This document shows positions 16,174 to 23,789 of a stretch of 64,000 bases of DNA, in pieces. Location of the stretch: NCBI GenBank assembly GCA_964632395.1, contig CAZWES010000004.1:120-64119 (forward strand), read 5' to 3'. Made by a program: the position numbers and the translations under genes. Under the pieces are notes generated by a model. It saw only the letters and a list, made by a program, of their open reading frames with translations. It did no database searches and was not told the DNA's origin. Each line of letters starts with the position of its first letter. Positions within the stretch are counted from its first letter, which is position 1. The DNA comes from an uncultured Candidatus Peribacteria bacterium. GTDB taxonomy: Bacteria > Patescibacteriota > Gracilibacteria > Peribacterales > Peribacteraceae.

Positions 16174-17625
16174 ATGGCTCCACACATGCCCAAACTCCCC
16201 ACCGTCGCCATTGTCGGCCGCCCGAACACAGGAAAATCCACGCTATTCAACCGCCTCATCGGATCGCGTCGTGCAATCGTCAGCGATATTCCGGGAACAA
16301 CGCGTGACCCCGTCGTCCAAAGAGTCGAAGGCGAAGAGGTTGATTATTTGTTGATGGACACAGGTGGAATGGGTGGCGGCACACGCGATCAGGATTTTGA
16401 AGATGATGTTGCGTCGCAATCACTCATTGCGCTTGAACATGCGGATCTCATACTCTTCCTTGTCAACAGTCGTGAGGAACTTACCTCATCTGATTTTGAA
16501 GTTGTGGATGCACTGCGAAAAAAACGCAAGCGTCACGTTTCTGTTTTTCTTGTGATAACAAAGTGTGATGATCTGCAAAAAATGGAAGAGGCGCTGCCTA
16601 AGTTTTTTGAGCTCGGAATTTCCGATGATGTTTTTGCTGTGAGTGCGGCTCATAGGCTTGGGATGGATGAATTGGAGGAAGCGGTTGAGGAGAGACTTTT
16701 GGAAATGCATTTTGGGGAGGATTGCTCTTTTCGAGCGAGCATCACAGACGCGCCTCTCGACTCGTCGCTATCAGCTAACGCTTCGAGCTCCTCGCTCGAG
16801 GAGAGCGTCTGTGATGCGAGTCGAGAAACAATTCCAAAGGTTGCAATAGTCGGAAGACCGAATGTCGGGAAGAGCTCACTCATCAATGCGTTGATGCCGG
16901 AGCCGCAGAGGAAGGTTCAATCGAGATTGACGAGTGATGTGCCGGGGACAACGCGTGATACGACGGATACGGTGCTCAGATCACATGGTCAGGAATTTCT
17001 TTTTTTGGATACGGCGGGTTTGAAGCGTCGTAAAAATGTCAGAGAAGATGTTGAGGTGTATGCGATCATCAGAACACTGCAGGCGATTGAGGATGCAGAT
17101 GTCACCGTCCTCGTGCTTGATGCTACAGAGGAGATTGGGAGGCAGGATAAACGCATTGCATCGCTTGCGATTGCGCGTGGGAGCGGATTGGTTCTGCTTG
17201 TGAACAAAACTGATCTTCTTTCGGAGGGAGAAAAGCAGGCGTTTCAACGTCAAGTGGATATCAATTTCCCGTTCTGCAAATGGGCTCCGGTTCTTTATAC
17301 ATCAGCCGTAACTCGTGAGAATCTACCAAAGCTCTTTGATTTGATATTGGTCATCGCGGGAAATCGTGCACAGCGAGTGGAGACTGCTGCATTGAATAGA
17401 TGGTTTCGTGATCTCGTAGCAGCTTCGCAACCGAAAGGAGTTGGTGGCCTGAGTGTGAAAGCAAAATACATCACGCAGGCGGATGTTTGCCCGCCGACAT
17501 TCGTGTTGTTTTTGAATGATCCGAAGCGACTTCATTTTTCCTCGATCAGATTTTTTGAGAATAAAATGCGGGAGACTTTTTCACTGGAGGGGACGCCTGT
17601 CAGATGGGTTAAAAAATCGAACTAA
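16174..17625 (+). CDS. der: Ribosome-associated GTPase Der/EngA
   Basis: Two tandem GTPase domains (GRPNTGKST...DTGG; GRPNVGKSS...DTAG...NKTD) and a KH-like C-terminus. The inter-domain linker contains a palindromic insert. Confidence 0.92.
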   Translation: MAPHMPKLPTVAIVGRPNTGKSTLFNRLIGSRRAIVSDIPGTTRDPVVQRVEGEEVDYLLMDTGGMGGGTRDQDFEDDVASQSLIALEHADLILFLVNSREELTSSDFEVVDALRKKRKRHVSVFLVITKCDDLQKMEEALPKFFELGISDDVFAVSAAHRLGMDELEEAVEERLLEMHFGEDCSFRASITDAPLDSSLSANASSSSLEESVCDASRETIPKVAIVGRPNVGKSSLINALMPEPQRKVQSRLTSDVPGTTRDTTDTVLRSHGQEFLFLDTAGLKRRKNVREDVEVYAIIRTLQAIEDADVTVLVLDATEEIGRQDKRIASLAIARGSGLVLLVNKTDLLSEGEKQAFQRQVDINFPFCKWAPVLYTSAVTRENLPKLFDLILVIAGNRAQRVETAALNRWFRDLVAASQPKGVGGLSVKAKYITQADVCPPTFVLFLNDPKRLHFSSIRFFENKMRETFSLEGTPVRWVKKSN

Positions 17626-17627
17626 AC

Positions 17628-17725
17628 ACCAAGCACCAAATTCCAAAAGAATCTCAAATTCCAAATCTCAAACGGTTTTGGAATTTGAGTTTTGCAATTC
17701 TTTTGGTGCTTGGGATTTGGGATTT
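17628..17725. repeat. About 100-nt imperfect palindrome (family E) between convergent genes
   Basis: CACCAAGCACCAAATTCCAAAAGAATCTCAAATTCCAAATCTCAAA cgg TTTTGGAATTTGAG...TTCTTTTGGTGCTTGG. Homologous to 10100-10200. Plausible bidirectional terminator. Confidence 0.8.
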
Positions 17726-17728
17726 GGA

Positions 17729-18325
17729 TTATCCCCGTCTAACTTTGTCGTCCTTAACCCTCCCATCTTCATGTATCGGAAGGGGATACGTCTTAACCAC
17801 GGTTTCAAGCTTATCCAAAAGCGTCTTCGGATCGTCATCAAAAACCATATTGGGCGGGATGTGGCGTTTGCATAACTCTTCCACGATGTGCGGAATTGAG
17901 TTACTGATGCCGCCGCTATTCGTCAAAACTCCGAGTGGCCTTCCTTCATCGTATGCAATTGTGAATTCGTTGAGTGAACCTATCCCACCGGAGATCAAAA
18001 TAATCGCGTCACATGATCGTATGTTGATGATGTCGCGCTCCATGAAACCAAGGCCTGTAAAAATCAAAATATCATGATGGTGCGGAGACATGTACTCGTT
18101 CACGTGTTCGTACTCGGAAAAAGCAGGGGAGATGCCGATCGTCATTCCGCCCTCTTCCTTTGCAGCCATTGCAGCCTCATCCGGAATGCCAGGGCACGCT
18201 CCGTTTATCAAAATGTATCCGCGCTGCCCGATCTCTCGACCCATCTCACGCGCTTTTGCAATGGAGGTCGGGTCCTCCACCTGAGGGCCGCTTGCGGAGC
18301 CGATAATTCCAATCTTTAACTTCAT
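17729..18325 (-). CDS. TIGR00725 / LOG-like (SLOG) Rossmann-fold protein
   Basis: MKLKIGIIGSASG, GACPGIPDEAAMAAKEEGG and ILISGGIGSLNEF motifs. The start is placed at Met 18325; the ORF is open to 18415 but would then overlap the divergent neighbour. Confidence 0.65.
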   Translation of the reverse strand: MKLKIGIIGSASGPQVEDPTSIAKAREMGREIGQRGYILINGACPGIPDEAAMAAKEEGGMTIGISPAFSEYEHVNEYMSPHHHDILIFTGLGFMERDIINIRSCDAIILISGGIGSLNEFTIAYDEGRPLGVLTNSGGISNSIPHIVEELCKRHIPPNMVFDDDPKTLLDKLETVVKTYPLPIHEDGRVKDDKVRRG

Positions 18326-18350
18326 GATTTTCACTATATTATAGCGTGGA

Positions 18351-18917
18351 ATGAAGAAATTGTCATTCCCACTACACCGCGCATTCATCGCCATCCCGCT
18401 TGAGGATATGGCCAAGCAACAGTATCAACTCATCCAAGATAACCTCAAAGATTACGAAAAAATCTTCCGCTTCCAAAATCCTGTGTCACCACACCTCACA
18501 CTCTACTTCTGGCCGGAGCTTATGGAGATTGAGTATCACGATGTCATCAAAAAAGTTGAAGCGATCGCGTCAAAAACAAAACCGTTTGAGATGGAGGTGA
18601 CGAGTGCTTCAACCAATGAGAATGGAGGAAGAGGATTGCCCCGGGTTTTGTGGTTGAATATCAGCCGATCTGATGAGCTTGCGTCACTTAAAAAGCTTTG
18701 CCCATGGCCGAACACACGTCCGTTTTCTCCGCACATCACGATTGCAAGAATGAAGAATCCGAATGATTTCATCGCGCACAGGAAAAAGATCATGAAACTC
18801 GTCAAAGATGTCTCATTCAAAATTCCGGCTGACTGCATCAGGCTTTATGCGGAGATTGATGGGGTTAAGCAGACTCCGATTCAGGATTTTGTTTTTGCTC
18901 AAGGGCCTTCTTGTTAA
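18351..18917 (+). CDS. thpR: RNA 2',3'-cyclic phosphodiesterase / 2'-5' RNA ligase (2H phosphoesterase)
   Basis: Two HxT/S motifs: PHLTLYFW and PHITIARM. Confidence 0.75.
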   Translation: MKKLSFPLHRAFIAIPLEDMAKQQYQLIQDNLKDYEKIFRFQNPVSPHLTLYFWPELMEIEYHDVIKKVEAIASKTKPFEMEVTSASTNENGGRGLPRVLWLNISRSDELASLKKLCPWPNTRPFSPHITIARMKNPNDFIAHRKKIMKLVKDVSFKIPADCIRLYAEIDGVKQTPIQDFVFAQGPSC

Positions 18918-19563
18918 CGCGTCCAAGGAACGGCTCAAACACGGTCTGCAGGATCGAAGCCGTCAAAGGCTGAGCTTTCTCGTAAGGCAGATCTTTCTTT
19001 TCCTTTTCTGCAAAGAATTCCTGCAGCACGAATATTGTGAGCTGCAGCACGCACCCATCCAGGTGTTTTTCGTCAATGAGCAGACTTCCGAGAATCCTCT
19101 CTGCCTCGTGAGTCAAAATCATCTGCAGCCTTGTTATCCAGTCAATTAAATGACGGTTTGTGGAGTCTTTTAGTTTGTCTCCATCCACAAGCGCCATGCT
19201 TTCATCCACGGTTTCACTCGCGGTCGGCTCTTCGTGCTCCTTGAAGTACTCCTCAACCGCTTTCAAACATCCTTCATTTATCAGCGAAAGAATGCCGAGG
19301 ATGAAGACACTCGGGCAATTCCTTGCAACGAGTTTGCTTATCAAAGTGAAGAGGTGTGCATGCTTATCGTCATTCAAAAACTGGATGATGGTGCGTGCGA
19401 CCTGATCATCCTTTTTCTTTGCGCGTTTTTCCTCACGCTTTAAAGCTTGCATTGCAGCCGCAGCTGCAGCAAATCTCTGCTTGGCAGCTTCACTCAATCC
19501 TTCCTGCGCGGATTCTCCTCCTTCCTGCGGCGGGCCTAATTCAAAATCTCCGAATTCGGACAT
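18865..19563 (-). CDS. Hypothetical acidic protein (232 aa)
   Basis: Long intact ORF. Its 3' end overlaps the convergent thpR by about 50 nt. No recognisable motif. Confidence 0.45.
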   Translation of the reverse strand: MSEFGDFELGPPQEGGESAQEGLSEAAKQRFAAAAAAMQALKREEKRAKKKDDQVARTIIQFLNDDKHAHLFTLISKLVARNCPSVFILGILSLINEGCLKAVEEYFKEHEEPTASETVDESMALVDGDKLKDSTNRHLIDWITRLQMILTHEAERILGSLLIDEKHLDGCVLQLTIFVLQEFFAEKEKKDLPYEKAQPLTASILQTVFEPFLGRVNKKALEQKQNPESESA

Positions 19564-19587
19564 GGGTACATGGTAGCGTAAAACAAA

Positions 19588-20167
19588 ACGTCATGCTGAG
19601 TGGATCCCCCAATTTAAGAAGGGGGCACCAGTTTGGTTGTTTGATGTTATTCATATGATACGATTCTACTCCTTTGCCCCCCTCTTAAATTGGGGAGAGA
19701 CGTATCGAAGCACACTTTTTAACTAAATAATATGACAAAGCGCACATTCACCGTTTATATGCTCCGTTGCTCTGATGGCAGCTACTACACAGGAATGACC
19801 AGCAATCTTGAGAATCGGCTTCAGGAGCATGACAGTGGAAAGTTTCCTGATTCATATACTCATGAACTAAGGCCTGTTGATTTAGTATTTTCCCATACAT
19901 TTGATAATACGTATGACGCAATTTTATGGGAGAGAAAAATAAAAGGATGGAGCAAAAAGAAAAAAGAAGCTCTTATTAAAGAAGATTGGGAAGCTATTCA
20001 GAAACTTTCCAAGAAGAGGAATTTTAAACGTAAACGGTGAATGTGCTTCGATACGTCTCTCCTAGCCGGTATGGAGGGGCATAAATCATGACCAGACGAT
20101 ATTTAAAAAAATGCAAACTCAAACTGGAGCCCCTCCATACCGGCTAGGGATCCACTCAGCATGACGT
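19588..20167. mobile_element. 580-bp nested inverted-repeat cassette carrying a GIY-YIG nuclease gene
   Basis: Outer 20-bp IR ACGTCATGCTGAGTGGATCC (19588-19607) / GGATCCACTCAGCATGACGT (20148-20167). Inner perfect 20-bp IR GGAGAGACGTATCGAAGCAC (19694-19713) / GTGCTTCGATACGTCTCTCC (20043-20062). One long hairpin sits between the outer and inner IR on each side. Confidence 0.7.
19732..20040 (+). CDS. GIY-YIG nuclease family protein (small, UPF0213/YhbQ-like)
   Basis: FTVYMLRCSDGSYYTGMTSNLENRLQEH and WERKIKGWS give the GIY...YIG, Arg and Glu elements of the GIY-YIG fold. Basic C-terminal tail. Confidence 0.85.
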   Translation: MTKRTFTVYMLRCSDGSYYTGMTSNLENRLQEHDSGKFPDSYTHELRPVDLVFSHTFDNTYDAILWERKIKGWSKKKKEALIKEDWEAIQKLSKKRNFKRKR

Positions 20168-20176
20168 ACTTTGTGG

Positions 20177-20497
20177 CTACCTACTCAAACTCTCCGTAAT
20201 CTCCCGCATAATTGCAAGAATCATTGAGAAGGAGATCTGGAAAGGCACATCCAAGAGCCTCGCAATCCATGTGACGATGAATGTTGCAAGGAAAGTTACA
20301 ATGAATCCGATGATTGCGTAGCGGATTGTGTGGATTGCACTTTTGATCTTCTCTTCATTTCCTGCGGAGAGAATAAATGAGATGCCTCCTACGATGATGA
20401 AAATGAGGCTTAATACAAATGCTGCAATAATTGCGAGTGCGATAAACGTTGCGATTATGTCGACGATGCTGCCTTGCTCGAGTAATTCTCTAATCAT
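20177..20497 (-). CDS. Small two-TM protein, T4SS pilin-like (TrbC/VirB2-like)
   Basis: IVGGISFILSAGNEEKIKSAIHTIRYAIIGFIV matches the gG-x-y-x-s-x-G-x-x-x-k-x-x-x-A-k...aiiG pattern of pilin-like conjugal-transfer proteins. 106 aa. Confidence 0.45.
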   Translation of the reverse strand: MIRELLEQGSIVDIIATFIALAIIAAFVLSLIFIIVGGISFILSAGNEEKIKSAIHTIRYAIIGFIVTFLATFIVTWIARLLDVPFQISFSMILAIMREITESLSR

Positions 20498-20613
20498 GAT
20501 CGATGGTGTAAGTGAATAAATCTCTGCGAAGAGTCCGCCGTAGCTCGCACGAAGCGGAGCGGAGTGGGAGCGAAGGTGGGCTCCAGAAGTTCTCTGATCA
20601 TGATGATGGGGGA

Positions 20614-20892
20614 TTAGGAAGCAAGAGCACCTTCCGGCTCAAGGATTTTTAGATTAATTCGTTGGTTGACGTTACCTCCCACAATTCGGAGCAATGTCCG
20701 TAATGCTTTTACAGTCTGTCCGCCTTTTCCGATGAGTTTGCCCATGTCTTTCTGGCTGACCTGAACGGTCAAAAGCACTCCCTGATCATCAATCGTTCCC
20801 TCAATTTTTAGGGCATCCTTATCCTCCACCATCGCCTCCATTACAAAGCGCAGAAATGCAAGCCCGGGGATGTCGTTAGTTTCGTCTGCCAT
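20614..20892 (-). CDS. KH-domain RNA-binding protein (YlqC/UPF0109-like)
   Basis: GKLIGKGGQTVKALRTLLRIV contains the GxxG KH loop. It sits directly downstream of rpsP, as in many bacteria. Confidence 0.8.
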   Translation of the reverse strand: MADETNDIPGLAFLRFVMEAMVEDKDALKIEGTIDDQGVLLTVQVSQKDMGKLIGKGGQTVKALRTLLRIVGGNVNQRINLKILEPEGALAS

Positions 20893-20904
20893 ACTCGGAT
20901 AAGG

Positions 20905-21309
20905 TTACTCCTTTTTCTCCTCTGCGTCACCCTCCGGTTTTGGGGGTTCTTCCTCTTTCTTTTCTTCTTCATTTGCCTTTGGAGAAGACGCTGTCTTGGA
21001 CGCCTTCTCTTCAATTTTCTTTTCCTTTCGTTTCTTTTTCTTCGTGTAGGTCTCCATGAACTTTTCCATATTTCCCACTCCTTCGCGTTTTAATAGACGA
21101 GCAACTGTGTCGGAGGGCCGTGCTCCCATCTTTACCCAATGCTCTATGCGTTCCTTATCAAACTCCAGAACATGCGGATTACGCGTTGGCAGGTAGTGCC
21201 CCAAAAACTCCTTCACCCTACCTTTTACAGGCGCGCTCTTCTCACAAACCGCAATGCGGTATGCAGGCACATTCCTCCGGCCGGTGCGTTGCAATCTGAT
21301 GACTAGCAT
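20905..21309 (-). CDS. rpsP: 30S ribosomal protein S16 with Lys/Glu-rich C-terminal extension
   Basis: MLVIRLQRTGRRNVPAYRIAVCE... is a typical S16 N-terminus. The tail is about 50 aa and KE-rich. Confidence 0.9.
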   Translation of the reverse strand: MLVIRLQRTGRRNVPAYRIAVCEKSAPVKGRVKEFLGHYLPTRNPHVLEFDKERIEHWVKMGARPSDTVARLLKREGVGNMEKFMETYTKKKKRKEKKIEEKASKTASSPKANEEEKKEEEPPKPEGDAEEKKE

Positions 21310-21371
21310 GGAATCAGCCCAGAGAGTCTAGGGAAGCGCCCTATTTCGGTCAAATGCTATGTGAGGATTTC

Positions 21372-21746
21372 TTAGCTCCTATTCCTCTTATTTGCCCTCT
21401 GCCTAATCCCCATGCGCTCAAGCTGTGCGTCACGGGCTGAGCGGGCTCGTAGTTTTCTTGCCTCGGACTCCCTATCCACGGTTCGTGCCGAAGGTCGGTT
21501 GAACGAACTCAAGCGACGAGAAACGCCAGACATTCTTTTGCTCACAATGGGTGATGTGTGCTCGCCGGATGAACGGCGGAACAGCATGTGGCGCGGCATC
21601 GTAATAACTTCGTTTCCACGAATGCGGAAAGGGGAGCGGTGCATGATGTTGGATGCAACAGTGCTCGATGCAAGCGTGTTTGTTGGGAATGCAAAGAACG
21701 CCGCTGCGATCATCATGCCGACAAAAGATGAGAAAAGTTTCTTCAT
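21372..21746 (-). CDS. Hypothetical secreted basic protein
   Basis: N-terminal signal-peptide-like MKKLFSSFVGMMIAAAFFAFPTNTLA. Arg/Ser-rich remainder. Confidence 0.45.
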   Translation of the reverse strand: MKKLFSSFVGMMIAAAFFAFPTNTLASSTVASNIMHRSPFRIRGNEVITMPRHMLFRRSSGEHTSPIVSKRMSGVSRRLSSFNRPSARTVDRESEARKLRARSARDAQLERMGIRQRANKRNRS

Positions 21747-21772
21747 GGTTGTGATGGGGTAAGTTCAATTCG

Positions 21773-22075
21773 TCATCCTACCATGCTTTCCCGCCTCCTG
21801 ATAATGCGAAGTTTTTGTATTAGCGAGCCATCATACATTTTTTGTAACCAGTGGAGCAGATCGTCAGATAAGCCAAGGCACTCCTGTGCAGAGGTTGAAT
21901 GTTCGACTTCTATGAAGAGTGCTCCATCCTTCAGCTTAGTCGCCTTTGCATCTTCCGGTGCTCCGTGCGAGAGCATCCATTCGTTTGCTTTATGGATTAT
22001 GAGCGAGGCATCGGCTTCTCCTTTTAGGCCGTGCCTTCGGAGGACTTTCGGGAGGAGTGTGGAGGCTTTTTGCAT
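21773..22075 (-). CDS. DUF721 (DciA-like) protein
   Basis: 100 aa. The layout (a basic N-terminus, W in the first third, LKDGALFIEVEHSTSAQEC) resembles DUF721 (l.dGvL.v.v.ssawaqeL). Confidence 0.45.
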   Translation of the reverse strand: MQKASTLLPKVLRRHGLKGEADASLIIHKANEWMLSHGAPEDAKATKLKDGALFIEVEHSTSAQECLGLSDDLLHWLQKMYDGSLIQKLRIIRRRESMVG

Positions 22076-22094
22076 TGTGCGGTTGTTGTATCAC

Positions 22095-22442
22095 TTATGC
22101 AGGGAGAGCTTCACGACCAAGACGATCTTCATATTTCTGTGGATCATTATGAAATTCCCGGACGCGCTCGAGTTGATTTCTTGTATTTCTGAGATCTTCT
22201 TCACCGTTTCCTGTCAGTACTTGCCAGTCTATGCGACCGAGATTTTGCACAAGTTGGTCAAATTCTTTACTTGGAACAAGGCCTCTCTGAAGCCAAAAAT
22301 GTTTGAATCTGGATGTTGTCTGCAAACATCGCAGTAGCCAATGACTACTGCACTCATCTACTTTGGTGGCTTCTTGAGGGCTTTCTGCCTGTAGCGTTTT
22401 TAGTAGGTTGATAACGTCTGCTGGAGTAGGAGTTTTATTCAT
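22095..22442 (-). CDS. Hypothetical protein (115 aa)
   Basis: Intact ORF in a co-directional gene string. No motif recognised. Confidence 0.4.
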   Translation of the reverse strand: MNKTPTPADVINLLKTLQAESPQEATKVDECSSHWLLRCLQTTSRFKHFWLQRGLVPSKEFDQLVQNLGRIDWQVLTGNGEEDLRNTRNQLERVREFHNDPQKYEDRLGREALPA

Positions 22443-22629
22443 GGGGGTTTTTGGGGTATGCAGGACTTTTGCATGGGGATCATATCACTTTTTACGCGCT
22501 TCGCGCGTGTTCTTTTTGTAACCAAAAACCAGGCTCTCCGGGATGCATCGTACAAGACGGCGGGGGGACTATAGGAGAACCAAAAAGTTCAGCCAGTCTT
22601 TTGTGAGTCGCATCCAGTCGGTTTTCCCC

Positions 22630-22728
22630 GAGCCGCAGCCACACTTCGGCCCGGCTCAGCACGGGCTGCGGGCTGCTCTGCGTGTGGAAATAATTCCAAA
22701 GCGCAGAGCGCCCTTCCACGGGCGTGGC
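22630..22728. repeat. Family B palindromic repeat, copy 1
   Basis: Core GCTGCTCTGCGTGTGGAAATAATTCCAAAGCGCAGAGCGCCC flanked by GCCGCAGCC... / ...GGGCGTGGC. Homologous to 26479-26556, 48901-48976 and 57248-57325. Confidence 0.85.
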
Positions 22729-22754
22729 TTGGGGAAACGGTATCTGGGTGCAGG

Positions 22755-23789
22755 CTAGAAAGACGGTGGCTGCGAAATTAAGGATTTATAAATATTTGCC
22801 GTCTCCTCCGCCATCCTCTCCCACGAAAATCCCTTCGCATGTTCCATAGCTTTCTCGCGATCAGGTGGAGATGAAAGCGCTTGTTTGATGCCATTTGATA
22901 CTCCTTCCACGGTTGGCTGCACAAGAATTGCATTGCCTCCTGCAATCTCCGGGATGCTTGTTCTGTTTGATGCAACCACTGGGCAGCCGCATGCCATTGC
23001 CTCCAGGATTGGCAGGCCGAAGCCTTCATATAGCGAAGGTAGTATGAAGCAGGAGGCGGCGGAATAGATTGTGGGGAGATCTGCATCATCAACATTTCCG
23101 CCTGTGACCAACACCAACTCCCAACCTTCTGGGCATGCATCAACCAACGTCTGAACATTCTTATGCTCCTTGCATGCACCTACATACAAAAGGAATTGCT
23201 CCAGCAGCTGATATTTTTCACGGACTCTTTTGATATCTTCATCCGATCTCGGATAAAAATCCTCTGAGACTCCTTCGTAAATCACGCTCATTTTTGATCG
23301 GACATCTTCACCATATGTTTTTGCAATATCATCAGCGGTCGAATTACTCACTGTGATGATGTGTTTCGATTTCCTGATGGCATGTTTCATCAGCATTTTG
23401 TATGCAATCCGTTTTGGCAGCGTTGCTTGATTCGGATAATGATGGAGGATCAAATCATGGATTGTTGTGATGAACAGAACGGGACACTTCAGTGGGACGT
23501 TGAAGTGGGGAACGTGGAGCAGATCAATTTTGGATTTTCGGATAATTTTTGGAAATTCGATTTGTTCGCGCAGCGAATAATGGCTGATTGATAATGGATA
23601 ATGGATAATTCGGTCACCTTGAGTGGAGTCGAGTCCGTGATTTGCATTTTTTGGTAGGAAGAGGACGTAGTTCCAGGGGTCATCGCGTTTTGTGAGGTTT
23701 AGGACGAGTTCGCGTGTGTAGCGGCCGATGCCGGAGCGGGTTCCTGCAAAGCGACAGTCGATGCCGATGGTGTATCCTTTATCGGTCAT
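22755..23789 (-). CDS. Glycosyltransferase family 1 (GT4-type)
   Basis: EGFGLPILEAMACGCPVVAS motif. The N-terminus MTDKGYTIGIDCRF is typical. The start is placed at Met 23789; the ORF is open to 23915. Confidence 0.85.
   Translation of the reverse strand: MTDKGYTIGIDCRFAGTRSGIGRYTRELVLNLTKRDDPWNYVLFLPKNANHGLDSTQGDRIIHYPLSISHYSLREQIEFPKIIRKSKIDLLHVPHFNVPLKCPVLFITTIHDLILHHYPNQATLPKRIAYKMLMKHAIRKSKHIITVSNSTADDIAKTYGEDVRSKMSVIYEGVSEDFYPRSDEDIKRVREKYQLLEQFLLYVGACKEHKNVQTLVDACPEGWELVLVTGGNVDDADLPTIYSAASCFILPSLYEGFGLPILEAMACGCPVVASNRTSIPEIAGGNAILVQPTVEGVSNGIKQALSSPPDREKAMEHAKGFSWERMAEETANIYKSLISQPPSF

Noticed and set aside
22492-22758. Short ORFs across family B repeats (22492-22719, 22543-22758, 26456-26728, 26474-26869, 48780-49046, 48873-49061, 57083-57283).
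   Set aside because: They are generated by the repeat sequence itself; the same peptides (e.g. RAPLRGRD, ALRVEIIPKRRAP) recur in both orientations. They have no independent coding signal.
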